Assembly: GCA_964016885.1 (NCBI GenBank) | Contig: OZ024742.1 | Location: 90,458,001 to 90,522,000, forward strand | Length of the DNA stretch: 64,000 nt | Direction of reading: 5' to 3' | Origin: Eledone cirrhosa | Lineage: Eukaryota | In this document: piece after piece, positions 44,415 through 57,870 of the stretch | Numbering within the stretch: the stretch's first letter is position 1 | Layout: the number at the start of each line of letters is the position of its first letter | Notes under the pieces: generated by a model | What the model was told of the DNA's origin: nothing | Seen by the model: the letters and a program-made list of their open reading frames with translations, nothing else | Databases searched by the model: none | Made by a program: the position numbers and the translations under genes

Positions 44415-44695
44415 TAATTGTTTCTACTTTTGGCACAAGGCCAGCAATTGCTCAGTACATTACTGGTACTTTATTTTATCGTCCCCGTAAGGATGAAAGG
44501 CAAAGTGAACCTCGGCGGGATTTGAACTCAGACCGTAGAGGGACGTAACTATGCTGGAAAGCATGGCGTCCGACTCTCTACCGATACTGCCAATCCACCG
44601 CCCTTTGAATGAATATAATAAATAATTGTTTCTACTTTAGGCACAAGGCCAGCAATTAACCAGTGCATTACTGGTACTTTATAGGCACAAGACCT
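44415..44695 (-). mobile_element. Meta-domain-type SINE plus a partial second copy
   Basis: Reverse complement of the SINE consensus. Confidence 0.8.
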
Positions 44696-44759
44696 ATAAT
44701 TTTATTCAGTGGGAGGGGGAGGGGACCGACACGCGCAGCCGTGTCGGAAAACGGTATCA

Positions 44760-45335
44760 CGACTGGCGGGTGCAAAACCAGTTGACTGGAATTTGCAGAC
44801 GACATGGTGTTACTTAACTCGACAGAAGGTAATCTCCGATTTACACTTGATAGGTTTGATGCCGCGTGTTGCATGGCTAGAATGAAAATCAGTGCTGCGA
44901 AAACTGAGATAATCGTTATTTCAAGGAAGACTGTGCTGTGCACTCTAGATGTAAATGAAGTTACACTGAAGCAGGTAGACAGGTTCAAGTATCTGGAGGC
45001 CGTGTTCACGAGTGATGGAAGGCAGGAGGCTGAATTTAATGAAAGAATTGCAGGAACAGGCGCAGTAATGTGCCAGCTTCAGCATTCGGTTATCAGAACT
45101 AGGAAGGTAGACGTAAAAGTCAAACTTGCTATCTTTAATTCGGTATTCATGCCAACCCTTACCTATGGTTGAGTAATGACTGAATGAATACGATTGCGAA
45201 TACAAACTGTCGAAATGCGGTTCCTACGAATTGTATTTGGAGTAATGGGAGTTGGGAGTAATGTTACTCTATCGAGTTCGTAGCTCGGTGATCAGATAGT
45301 CACTCCAGGTAGAGCCGCTACTTCTCCGAATTGAC
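44760..45335 (+). pseudogene. RTE-clade LINE reverse-transcriptase relic
   Basis: LEFADDMVLL, MKISAAKTE, LKQVDRFKYL, P.LTYG, and EMRFLR in a shifted frame. Confidence 0.75.
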
Positions 45336-45429
45336 ACAATTGAACACTGCTTTTTTTGGGGGGGGGGGGGGGGGGTGAAGGTTTCAGGTTGAATGGCCGG
45401 CTAATCTAAGGAGTAATGTTGCCGGGGAG

Positions 45430-46570
45430 TATGGAAGAGTCAGGGGATATACCTATACTGGTTGGCGATTCTTCTGCAGTACCAAATGTCACCAATGCTT
45501 ACTCTCCTTTGTCACATTTGTCATGAAATTCAGTTTCCTAAAGTCATTACTTCATCCCATGTCTCCTATGTCTACTTCTTTCACGAGTCATATTCATTTT
45601 GATTTCTTTGCACTTATTTATACTGCTGTCATCCTCTATATGCATCACTTGTCCGATCCAAATTCTCTGATACAGAGTTTTTCTCCCGAGTTGCTTATAC
45701 TATTATGTTCATGCACACTAACATAACATATCCATCGGAACATACTCGATTAATTTCTTCAGCCATCAAGCCTCATGTCCTATTGCCATATAGCATTGCA
45801 GTTCACACGTAATCATCATACAACCAACCGTTCACTCTGAGAGAGAAGCCCTTGGTTGTCAATAGAGATATCCGATCCCTAAATGTCTTCCAATCCATTC
45901 TTACTCTGGCTACTACATTTTCTGAATTCCTCTCACAGCTAATCAGGTCACCTAGGTAACAAAATTCGTCAACAGTTTCTAGGGAGCCACTCTGTCAACT
46001 GAAAAAATCTATTTCACACATGCTCTAAGTGCTTATTTCTCATGTAAACCTGCCACAAACAAAGCCTGTCTTCCCCGTTTACCTGCCTATAATCCCACTA
46101 CATATCTTGTACGTCTATAGATTACACTGTGTGTTCTTTATGGAATCTTCTCTAGCGCCTCTCTTTTGCCCAGGTAACAGTTTTCAATGATAGTGCTGCA
46201 ATAGTCATTTGGTATGACATTATCCTGAACTATTTCATAAATTATGCTTTCAGCTAGCTCATAAACACCCACGTTGATGTTTGTAGCATCACGGCAATTA
46301 TATTTGATGGATCAGCTGCTTACACTACCTTCATATATTTAATTTCTCTTAAATTCGTTATCCCTCAGTTGGGTCTGCTTGGAGCAGGCTGCCACATTCC
46401 CATTCATTTCAATCTTTCTAGCCTCATCCATTTGCATTGTGGCTCTATCTACACTATCATTCCTCTACCATGTCACTTTCTGATTTGCTGGGACCCTGAA
46501 CCAGCCACATACCAAGTCTATGGCCTTCAACAGATTGTCACGTAGAAATTCCCAATTTTCATCTATACTA
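45430..46570 (-). pseudogene. Highly decayed LINE relic (RTE-like)
   Basis: Minus strand has an ETVDEFCYLGDLIS motif (~45940-45978) in otherwise fragmented sequence. Confidence 0.45.
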
Positions 46571-46983
46571 TGAGTCTCCATACACATACACAGATACACA
46601 TGCCTACACATACACAGTGGCGGACTAGCCAAATTGCTAGGTTACCCAATGGAAAATGGGCCCCAGAGGACCCATGGTAGTATTGCAGGGGCCCACAGTA
46701 GCATTCCAGGGCCTACTGTAGTATTTTAGGGGCCAATGATTTGCTTTCAAAAAATACCAGAAATCTAAGTGAAAGAATAAAATAAAAATAAAAAAATTAA
46801 ACAATTAAGCAAAGTATTTGGTCAACCAATTCCCCAGGGAATTACTAGAAACCAAAATATACGATAGTGCAAATAGCTGGAATCGGTAGTTTTACATTCT
46901 ACTAAATATAACTCTTACTGTATTCATTCATGCAAAAATGCATATATAGACACAGACACACAACCATATATATATATATATAT

Positions 46984-47111
<128 letters not shown>

Positions 47112-47392
47112 GTTTATATATATATATATTGAGTGAGTGTGAAAGACCAAAGGTCATTATTGAAAGTCTCTGGATTTCGCAAAATACATAATCTTTTTTT
47201 ATTGGAGAAGGTAAAATATTTTTCCGCAAAAATTTCATTGCACTGTTTTGTTTCCACTTATGTATTTTTCAAAAATCTTATTTATTTATTATACAAATTA
47301 AATTATCGCAACCCAATTATACTATAAAAAGTGCAATGAACATTAAGGGCTAAAAACAAAATATTCAGAGCCTTAATATTAATAAGGTATAA

Positions 47393-47575
47393 TAATTGTG
47401 GCAAAAGGCCACCAATTATCCCAGTGTATTACTGGTACTTTATTTTATCGACCCCGTAAGGATGAAAGGCAAAATTAACCTCGGCGGGATTTGAACTCAA
47501 ATCATAAAGGGCCGTACCTCTTTTGCTGTAAAGCATGGCGTCCGACCCTCTACCGATACTGCCAATCCACCGCAA
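47393..47575 (-). mobile_element. Meta-domain-type SINE
   Basis: Reverse complement of the consensus, with ataaggtataataat-like direct repeats on both flanks. Confidence 0.8.
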
Positions 47576-47607
47576 TAAGGTATAATAATATCTATATTTA
47601 CTTAAAC

Positions 47608-48234
47608 AAAGTATAGTTACATTTTAAAGCCACAAATTCGTTCTTTTTTTTTTTTAAATTAAAATATGTATATTTTTTTACTGTGAAATTAGTCGTCTTC
47701 TTGTGTTTGATACCAACACAAGTCAATTCACTAAATTCCCTTACAAAGTCTTTCTTATCTGTAAGACAATGCTGATAATGATGATTTGTCTTAATTTACT
47801 GATTAGCCATTTTAATAATTATTTCTACTTTTGGCAGAAGGTTAGCAATTATCCCAGTGTATTACTAGTACTTTATTTTATCGACCCCGTAAGGATGACA
47901 GGCACAGTTAAACTCGGCGGGATTTGAACTCAGATCATAAAGGGCCGTAACTATATGCTGCAAAGCATGGCATCCGACCCTCTACCGATACTGCCAATCC
48001 ACCGCCAAATTTAATGTTTTTGTGTATGCAAAAATATCTGTACACGAATATCTATATTACAATAAAATATTAAAGTTTAAGCAAAGAATCGCTGCTTTCA
48101 ACCTTAACGGGATCTTCTGAAACTAAAAAAATCAATCTGTGAACGCAGATGTAAATATTTCGAAAAACGTTGCAGCCGAAGGAAAACAGGAAGACGAAGA
48201 CGATACTTTCGTGAAAACGTTCCCTGGCATAAGA

Positions 48235-48265
<31 letters not shown>

Positions 48266-48689
48266 ATATACATATATACACACACACACTGATCGCGTCA
48301 TAATGTCGTAATGCAGACAACCAGGCATACAGACAGATATTATGAAGGCGCGACGTTATATCTATGTATCTATCTAAAAAGAGAAAGACTAAGAGAAAGA
48401 GAAAGAGATCGCTAAATCGCCCAATGCGGTCCCTAGGGCATTGAAAATATTTTTATTTTTGCTCAGAACACTCAATAGGACCATAAGTATTACATGTGTA
48501 AAGTTTGAAAAAAAAACGGTTGGGTAGTTCTCGAGCTTTAGGGAAACAGATACACAGACATTCTTTGTTTTATATATATATAGATATAGATATTTATACT
48601 TCAATAATGTTATACACACACACACACACATACACACACATACACACACCACACACACACACATATATATATATATATGTATATATACA

Positions 48690-48785
<96 letters not shown>

Positions 48786-49170
48786 TGTGTGTGTGTATAA
48801 CATTATTGAAGTATAAATATATATATATACAGTAAAACAAAGCTTAGTAAGCAAAAATCCAATTGAAAGCACATGCAATTTTACTTAGAGTATTATTAGA
48901 GTATAATAGCTTATATAGCAGTTTCAGGCGACGAAGAAAAAGACGAATTACCATTATTCAGTAAATTAAGTAAATTAATCAGTAAATTAAGACAAATCAT
49001 CATTATCAGCATTGTCTTACGGATAAGAAAGACTTTGTAAGGGAATTTAGTGAATTGACTTGTATTGGTATCAAACACAAGAAGACGACTAATTTCACAG
49101 TAAAAAATATACATATTTTAATAATAAAAAAACAACACGAATTTGTGGCTTTAAAATGTAGCTATACTTT
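47608..49170. repeat. ~200-bp inverted repeat pair (47608-47806 and 48976-49170)
   Basis: tactgtgaaattagtcgtcttcttgtgtttgatacc..aatttactgatt and its reverse complement. Confidence 0.85.
47815..48007 (-). mobile_element. Meta-domain-type SINE
   Basis: Reverse complement of the consensus. Confidence 0.8.
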
Positions 49171-49264
49171 ATATATATAGTAATAATAATAAATTTGAAG
49201 ACTAAAATCCAAAGAGGGCTCGATAAGGATAAATATATATAAAATATATAAGAACCGTAGAGCA

Positions 49265-49795
49265 AATATTTATTAAAATAACAGATTAAAGTTTAAGCAA
49301 AGAATCGCTGCTTTCACTTTTAACGGGATCTTCTGAAACTAAAAAAATCAATCTGTGAACGTAGAAGTAAATATTTCGAAAAACGTTGCAACCGAAGAAA
49401 GACAGGAAGACGATACTTTGGTTCGTTGAGACGTTCCCTGACAAAGAACGGAAAAAAACGAAGATTATACGTCATTATTTGGAACGAGCGAACAATTACA
49501 CGCAAAGACAAAACCACGTTTATGGTATAAATGAAGTCGTAGTCTAATATTCTATTAGGTGGTTCGTGGAGACGTTCCCTGGCAATGAACGTAAAAAACA
49601 AAGATAATGCGTCATTATGTGGAGCGGTGAGAACAATTACGCGCAAAGACAAAACTACGTTTATAGTATAACTGAAGTCGTAGACTAAAATTCTATTCTG
49701 CGTTCACAGATTGATTTTTTTTAGTTTCTGAAGATTAAGGGTGAAAGCAGCGATTCTTTGCTTAAACTTTAATCTGTTATTTTAATAAATAAATA
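49265..49795. repeat. Element with ~100-bp terminal inverted arms and a diverged ~140-bp internal tandem duplication
   Basis: Arms 49268-49366 and 49697-49791; internal units 49420-49558 and 49561-49697. Confidence 0.75.
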
Positions 49796-49862
49796 AATAT
49801 ATATGAGATGCAACCGGTACTAGCAGTGAAACCCATACTAGTGTCGTCAACTTATCATTAAG

Positions 49863-49895
<33 letters not shown>

Positions 49896-50862
49896 GTTGC
49901 ATCTCGTATATATTTATTTATCGGTTGCATGTCAGCGTACTCAATAGGTAATATTAAGTAAATTCCCAGAGTTGACACATAGTTATTCGCATTAACTCAA
50001 CACGCGTAAATGGGTACCTTCAATCAATACCCGTGCTCGGGTTTCGGCCACACTTAATACAGCAATCTGCTTTCTGCATTTATTATGCAACAAAGCACAA
50101 TCAGTGTATGTGACGTCATCAGCGTGTTTCGCCTAATCAATAATCAATCGATCGACAGAATTCGATTTTCGTCCGTGTTGCCTATGACTAAATGCGACGG
50201 CCAGTACATTAAAACATTAGCAACTGAAATCCCTAGGCATATTCAGAATGCCGTCAGTCGATTGGCCATTTGTCTCAAACACAAATTAACAAGCGAGTGA
50301 AAAACGATTATTAAAAAATCAGTCTCCTATCGCTGTACAATAGAATGTTAACATTGGGCTCCAGTTTCCCAGTTCCATGGCGAGAAATAGTGCGACAGTA
50401 ACAATAGTAGGGCCTAAAACCTTTCCGGACATTAAATGCCAACAGGCGATTAGACAACGATATAGAGTTAACGCGCTGGTTAGAATTCGAATTCTAGATA
50501 TTTCGACCAGCCACGTGCGTAAGCCGGTCAATTTCACAACTTGTACGATTCAATACGTTAGTGAGAGAGAAAGATATAACATGTATAAGAGCGCATATTA
50601 AACAAAACAATATATATATATATTTCGTTTCTGAATATATATATATGTGTATGTATGTATGTATGTATGTATGTATGTATGTATGTATGTATGTATGTAT
50701 GTATGTATGTATGTATGTATATATCTATGTATATATGTGTGTGTGTGTGTATGCATATATATAGTTATGTAATAAACAACATAAGATAATTATTTTATTT
50801 ACCAAAGGTTTCACGAAGACAGACGAGCCTGACACAGAGGTCTGACTTCGGTCGTCAGAATG

Positions 50863-50914
<52 letters not shown>

Positions 50915-50920
<6 letters not shown>

Positions 50921-51047
50921 TTAAGTCGTTTGGAAGCCTAGACAATGCAAATGGGTAAATCTCCATTTGCATTGTCGAGGCTTCCAAACGACTTAAAGAT
51001 ATTTACCTATTATTCCACAATGCTTCAAGCAAACTTCAATACTCTCT
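50915..51047. repeat. 40-bp hairpin plus a 45-nt unpaired tail, inserted in (TA)n
   Basis: Arms 50915-50954 and 50963-51002 with one mismatch; tail 51003-51047. Confidence 0.9.
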
Positions 51048-51178
51048 TATATATATATATATATATATATATAACGAAGGAAGTGTGGTAAGGAACCAGG
51101 TGGACCATAACGCACCAGAGTACTTAGAAATAGCCGTCGAAACGGCTTGAACTCTGCCGTCGGGGTCCTGAACCTTTT

Positions 51179-51213
<35 letters not shown>

Positions 51214-51329
51214 CAACATTGATAAAAATGAAATCTAAAGTCTGTCTTAAGCCCGGATTCATTAGGCCGGTTCTTAATCTGATTTCCTTTGCATTAAGCG
51301 ACTGATTTACGAGACAGTACCCTCTGGGA

Positions 51330-51497
51330 AGCACGCTAGTGAATCGCTGGAACTCATTTAGACCTGAGTATACTAGAGCAATGTAAAATGAAGTGTTATG
51401 CTCAAGAATATAACCCACAACCTAGTCCAGGAATCGAACCCACGACATTATGATCATAGGACCAGCATCATAACTACTAGTACACGCGATTTCACAT
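51330..51497 (-). mobile_element. Decayed CORE-type tRNA-derived SINE
   Basis: Minus strand has B box ggttcgattcc and CORE-like cttgagcataacacttcattttacattgctctagt. Confidence 0.6.
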
Positions 51498-52867
51498 GGA
51501 TACTTACACAAAAACTGAGCGAATGAAATTAAATTTGTAACACACCACTTAATAAATAATCTTTAAGAAACGAATTGAAAATAATAAAACAAGGATATGA
51601 ATGAAAGCATATAATCAACTAAATTAATTGTGTTTGTTAAGAATATAATTTACTTGTTATAATTCGCCTATATAATGTTACCTCTTTGATCGTTCCGACA
51701 AGATAATTTCATAAAATCAATCTCATACATCACAGACTTCAGTTAATGACATATAATTGGCGACAAATTGGAGGAATCGATAGAGCACTGGACAAAATAC
51801 ATTGCAATGCTTGGTTACCTAAAACAACCTTAATGGAAGAGTTCACTCACTACCGAGAGAGGACGACATTATCTTCACTTTTCTTTATTCACCATTCACG
51901 AGGAAGAACCCAAAACTGTACACTAACCATTACATTCGCCTATTGCACATATATGTTCTACTAATTTACTTTGGGATTAATTATTCCCGATACATACCTT
52001 TATCAGTCTCTTCTGATATGAATCTTGTTTTTAATGCTTGAAGGTCATTATTGTTTTGCTTATCCAAAGTCAATTCCATAATGGAGCAGACCTTGTGATT
52101 ACAGGCATTCCAGCCTGTCTTTTTTTTATTTATATGTCTAATTTGTACAATATGCTGATTTTTATGAAGGATATTTGGATACTATATATATAGAAACTTG
52201 TTATTTAGCATCAAGTACACCTTCAAAGAGCCGAATTATAATCAAAACTAATCCAAAAATACCCATCCAGTCTTTTGTTGGTAGGTAAAATTCTGTGATT
52301 GCTTGCTTGCTTGTCTGTAATGTAATACAGCCAAAATGGCGCATAACGGAAAAATACTTTGAAAGGAAGTTGACTCTGAAATGGGGATACAGATGAAATA
52401 AACAAATTTCGCGTCAATCGGAGTACGGGTTCCCGAGATATGGAGGTTTTTTATGGTTACCTTCATAAACAGAGAGAAAGAGAGAGAGAGAGAGAGAGAG
52501 TGAGAGAGAGAGAAAGATAGACAGAAAGAGATAGTGGTTGTGAGAGAGTAGATTGAAAGAGAGACATAGAGAGATGGAGAAGAGACAGAGAAGGAGAATG
52601 GAAGAGATAGAGAGAGATGGAGAGCTAGTGGTGTTGTTGTTTATATATATATGTGAGTGTGTGTGTGGGTGTGTGTGTGTGTCTATGACCAGTGTATATA
52701 GATCACAGACACCCACACATACACACACATACACATGTATATACACACACGTATATCTATGGGCCTTCCAGTTTCATTTCACATTATATACATGTCTGTG
52801 TATATTTTAATTAATTAAAAATTGTTTTCAAGTGAATATGATTTAAAAAAAAATATTTTGAAGTGAA

Positions 52868-52897
52868 CGTGACCCAACGGGTCACGGGTGGTCTAGT
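52868..52897 (+). mobile_element. Helitron 3' terminus (non-autonomous element; 5' end not located)
   Basis: GC-rich hairpin cgtgaccc-aac-gggtcacg (52868-52886), then CTAG (52893-52896) followed by T. Confidence 0.65.
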
Positions 52898-53480
52898 ATT
52901 ATCTAATGTATTCTATCCTTATATAGAGGGTAGTGTGTAAATACAGAATGATTTGGTTGCTAATCGAGCAAGTGGAGTGACCAAGTAGAGGCTCTCCTCT
53001 TCAGCTGTACTTATCATTGTTTAATCTAAAATCATCCTTGATCGAACCTATATCATTCCAACCCTAGCCTTCTCGTCTTTCGTTTTGTATATCTAAGAAT
53101 ATATTATTTATTGTGTCTAATTTTTTATGCGGTTAGGGCGTTATTTGAGGAGAATTTATTTGCTAATTCTAAGTGATATAATGAGCACGTAGAAGCTAAT
53201 TTGTTGGTCGGATTATGTTATAGCTGTTGCTTTTGGTGAAATCGTTTTTTGGCCTGGCTCTCTCTGATCGAGTACACCTATGAACAAAGGTGTTTTAATA
53301 ACAACAATTCCATTCCTTTTCTGGCAGAGTTCATTTTACGTAGTACAATGCTTTCTTTTCTATTTGAAGACGGTAAAGTGACTTGAGGGAGATATGATTT
53401 TTTAGTTGAAAGTGAATGTGTTGTACAACATTTCGCATTTGTTTGAATATTTGTTTTAATAATACCCGGGGACGACTGTA

Positions 53481-53566
<86 letters not shown>

Positions 53567-53567
<1 letters not shown>

Positions 53568-54730
53568 GAAGTGCTGACTTGTATTATTTAAGACGCCTTC
53601 TGCATCACGTCAAAGGGCCAGTATCCTTTAACTCTTTGAAAATGTGTGATGGCGAACTTCTGCCATTATTCAAAGACATCTGCAGAGAGAAAGGTTTGCT
53701 TCAGTCGTATGATCATTGGCAGCAGACTCTGGAAGATGCTGAGCGAACACGGCTTCCCAAAGTCATGAGAGATCTATTCATTGCGTTCCTCACAAATACG
53801 GAAATTAACAATTCTTAAATCGAGCCCATAAATCACTAGAAATTAAGAATTCCAGTGATTTATGGGCTTGATTTAAGAATTCGAAGGGCTACCAGAAACT
53901 CTAACCTTTTGATTAGCGAGGGACATTATGATCAATGTCTTCTGTATTTTGAAGACAAACTTAACGACCTGGGAAAAAGTCTTAGTGACTTTAACTTGCC
54001 AAGGCCAAATAATATTGTTGCTAATCAGGATATTGGCAATTTGGAGTTATTGCACGAATTGCAATACAGCAGAGAAGAGCAGCGACGATTTGTAGAAGAG
54101 AGGGAGCCTCTATAGAAAAGTGAACAAAAACATGTGTACGACTTCGTTTGTAATAGTTTAGAGAGGAACACATCTGCATTGATTTTCATTGACACTCCAG
54201 GTGGAACAAAAAAGACAATCCTGGATAACTTAATCCTTTCAAAGGTCAGGGGAAACGGCCACGTGGCTATTGCTGTTGCGTCATTTGGCATTGCCGCAAC
54301 AATGATGCCTGGTGGAAGAACGGCGCATTCTAGCTTCAAAATACCGATAGCAATGAAAGAAAATGGTCTGTGCAACATTGATAAAAACTCAAAGACGGCA
54401 AACCTCTTCCAGCATATAAGTGTGATATGTTTGGGACGAGTGTCCTATGAGTCCGAGGGAAAGCTTCGAAGCTGTTGACCTCACTCTGCGTCAACAATAA
54501 GGCGTTCGGTGGAATTTTGACAATTTGCTGTGGCGATTTCAGTCAGCTTCTTCCGGTAGTGGCGCGGATGTGGAAAACGCCTGCATTAAAAAATCCTACT
54601 TATGGCGAAGCTTCAAAAGATTTCAGTTGAAGACAAACATGCGATTGAGTGAGGGTGCAGGACACTATTCAGAGTTCCTATTGGATATTGGAGAAGATAG
54701 AATCCCAAAAACTGAAAATGAGGAAATTAT
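53567..54730 (+). pseudogene. Helitron Rep-helicase fragment (PIF1-like SF1B helicase), decayed, flanked by (TA)n
   Basis: YYLRRLLHHVKGPVSF..C..KGLL, FIDTPGGTKKT (degenerate Walker A), AVASFGIAATMMPGGRTAHSSFKIP, WDECPMS, FGG..GDF, LKTNMRL, FLLDIGE. Stops and frameshifts present. Confidence 0.85.
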
Positions 54731-55015
54731 ATATATGTATATATATATATACTGTATATATATATACGAGAACCTTTAACGTAATTATCCTGGCTAAACA
54801 GGCTGACAGTTAATTTTAAAGTTGGCCCTTTGATGTACAGTTAATAGCGGTTTCCATAATATGACCGTGTATTCAACTTCACTTCCAAGGCACTTTACTC
54901 CGATACAACTGCAAAAGTCACTGACACAAAATAGCTCGCAGTGAGATAAAATCCGGGACCTTTGGGTTGTGAATTTCGGTCACCACGATCCGACATATAT
55001 GGAACATGTAGGCGC

Positions 55016-55104
<89 letters not shown>

Positions 55105-55754
55105 TGCGTGCGCGTGTGTGTGTGTGAATGTAAGTGTATATATATATATGTTTGCAGGTATTTGTCTCCTTACTCACGTGGAAATAACATTTACGTATTT
55201 ATCGCTTACGTAGGATTACCTGAAATAACTGTTTACAGAGGGACAGTAAATTAATCAACACCATAATTTTATTTGTACCTGATATGATTGATAAAATATG
55301 TCAAAGAGGCCATTTTAATTACTGTACTACAAGGGCCTGTTTCCTAGTTCTTAGAGACACTATGTTCTACTTGAGTAAAGAAAAATAGAAAATGAAACAT
55401 ACATTAAATTGAAATTATAAAATGATGGAAAGAAAAATATATACATAAAAATATAGGAAATTAAAAGAAAGCCAAGAAAATGAAGCAGTAAAGAAAGTCC
55501 TATTAGAAGTTAATCTAGCATAACCGAGGAAGAAACGAGAATGCGTATGTGATTCCTTTGATGTCAAGTATTCGTCAAAGCTGAAGACAGCTGGCATTAA
55601 TAATGACGTTTATAACGATGACAACGACGATGACAATTGTACATAAATACTTTACAAAATACTGTCATTTATTCACTCCGACTCTAGTACTTCTGTCATA
55701 CAATAAGGATGATGATGATGGTGATGATAATGATGATGGTAAGGATAATGGTTT

Positions 55755-55882
55755 CTTATATAGGCACAAGGCTAGCAATTTGGGGAGATCAAATCGACCC
55801 CAGTGCGTGACTGGTACTTTATTTTATCGACCCCGTAAGGATGAAAGGCAAAGCAAACCTCAGCGGGATTTGAACTCAGTGA
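55755..55882 (-). mobile_element. Meta-domain-type SINE (partial)
   Basis: Reverse complement of the consensus. Confidence 0.7.
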
Positions 55883-55899
55883 AACTAGAAAAAGTTGAT

Positions 55900-57870
55900 G
55901 AGGGATTGCCTGAAGAGAAAAGTGTCGGTTTTCAGTTCTTTCGCCCTGGTCTACCATACAACCGCTTTCGCTACTGCCACAAGACAGAGGAAAATTAGCT
56001 GCTCTACCCGGCTAAAAGGAGGCGGCGGGCGATTTTCACTATGGACTCGGCTGATATAACTGTTCGACATAACTCCACAAGTCAGTAATGCATGGACACT
56101 GGACGAGTGCGTGCAGAACGGTTTCGTCGCTCTGCGCACATCTCGGGCAGGTTCGTCTAACAGAACTTCCGTGCCTGTAGAGTTTATCTCTAAACGAGCT
56201 GCGGAAAGGTCTGTCTCACGAACAATGACCACACCAGTTCACCGTTTAAGAATATCTGAAGATGCCAAGCCTCAGCGCATGTTGGCGCATCATCAGCCAC
56301 AGCATACTCAGCCCTCTGCGTAGTGGCTTCTGGTAGCAGAAGGAGCACCTCATCAATGGAAACTTTCCCTTTAACAAGAAGTTGAAATGCAGACGTTCCA
56401 ATTTGATAAGGTGCAAATGGGGGGCAAGGCACGATGGCCAGGCGGTAGTAAATGACTGATGTGATGTACACCTTCACCACATCCACCCGACCTTCCAAGG
56501 ATAGCTTCTTCTCGGCCATGTTTGGATGAGATAGGTCACACTGCTCGTTACCTCGTCTACCCGGAGATCTCGTCCGAACAAGACCCCTAGCAACTTCACC
56601 GGTCCGTTCGTTCAGAGTTCGGCGACGCTGTTGAATGGCATGGATTTGCCTTAGCAGGTGCCGAGCAGCAAACCCAGTGACTTTTTCGGGTTCTGTATTG
56701 CTCCCATCAACCTTTCATATTCTTCTAAGAAGGTGCCGACCACCTCGATTTCCGAGATGTTCGACACCATCACGGTGATATCGTCCGAATATGGTGACAC
56801 AGCCCTTCCACATCGCGGTTCGAGCGGGATGCCCAGCACAGCTGGAGCTTTCGCAGTAACGGCCCGAGAGTCAATATGTACAGAAGGGGGAAGAGAGATG
56901 GCACCATTGACAGACCGATCGCATGATCTGAAACGGTTTCGAAAGATGGCCATTTACTTTGACCACCGATCCAGCCTCTTAAGATGAGGCCGAAACAAGC
57001 AGCTTTGAGGACAGCCTCCAGGTATCGATGGTCAACCCAATCGAAAACCTTTGATTAATCTAAATTGATCATAGTCCCGCTGCAGCCGTTTACACCCTAC
57101 ACCCTCTATGATGTGTCGCATGAAGTGGGGGTTGATGTGTATTGACGTTGTCGGGATTGTTCAAGTTTGCGCTTCCCCTACGGCATGCGCCAACCTCTTC
57201 GTTAACACCTTCGCCAAAATCTTAAACTCTGTATTTAACAGATTTATGGGCCCGATATTGTCTAACGTATCCCTCTTGTTCTCGCTTTCCTCATCAGCGT
57301 TACTTCGCCCCGGCTCACATAACTGGAAATATTCTCGTTGGGCTGCCAGTTGCAGTAGAGCGCTTCGAGTAGATCGGAGAATAAATCTGGCATATCTACG
57401 TAAACCTCGAGGGTTCACATTAAGGAGACATTAAAGACGGTACATGACAATACAGTGTGGGATTTTTTGTGTAAAATAAAGTTTATAACAGAGATTAAAA
57501 AAATAAACATTTAAAGAAAAACACAATAAATTCCCCCAAAGTGAAGAGACTCCATTGTTACTCGTGGAGAAAGCTCACAAAATCCACGGTCAGCCGGACC
57601 TCTCCCAGTTGTCTTCCTTCAATGCTACAGGCACACGCTCAGGGCAGGCCTATTCACATGGGCCATTTTTGCTTCTCTCACCCAGCTTTCAACAAAATGG
57701 CTGGAAAGCACCACTTTCCTCTCCACTCTGATTTTACTTTTTAGGTGAAACCTGAAAGAGTTAATGAGAGCGACTTCGAAGAGGAAAGTGCTAGTTTTCA
57801 ACCCTTTCAGACGCGTTCACAAACGATCTCTTTTACCATGGCCAACAAGCAGATAAAAACTACCTGCCCT
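55900..57870 (-). mobile_element. Old decayed Tx1/L1-like LINE relics
   Basis: Minus strand encodes IGPINLLNTEFKILAKVLTKRL, YSDDITVMVS, AEKKLSLEGR..VIYYRLAIVPCP and CPRCAQSDETVLHA; a second 3' relic lies at 57440-57870. Confidence 0.75.

Noticed and set aside
46615-46740. cagtggcgga start with ~21-bp GC-rich subrepeats, resembling a hAT/MITE end
   Set aside because: I found no matching opposite terminal repeat or TSD in the window, so it cannot be supported as an element.
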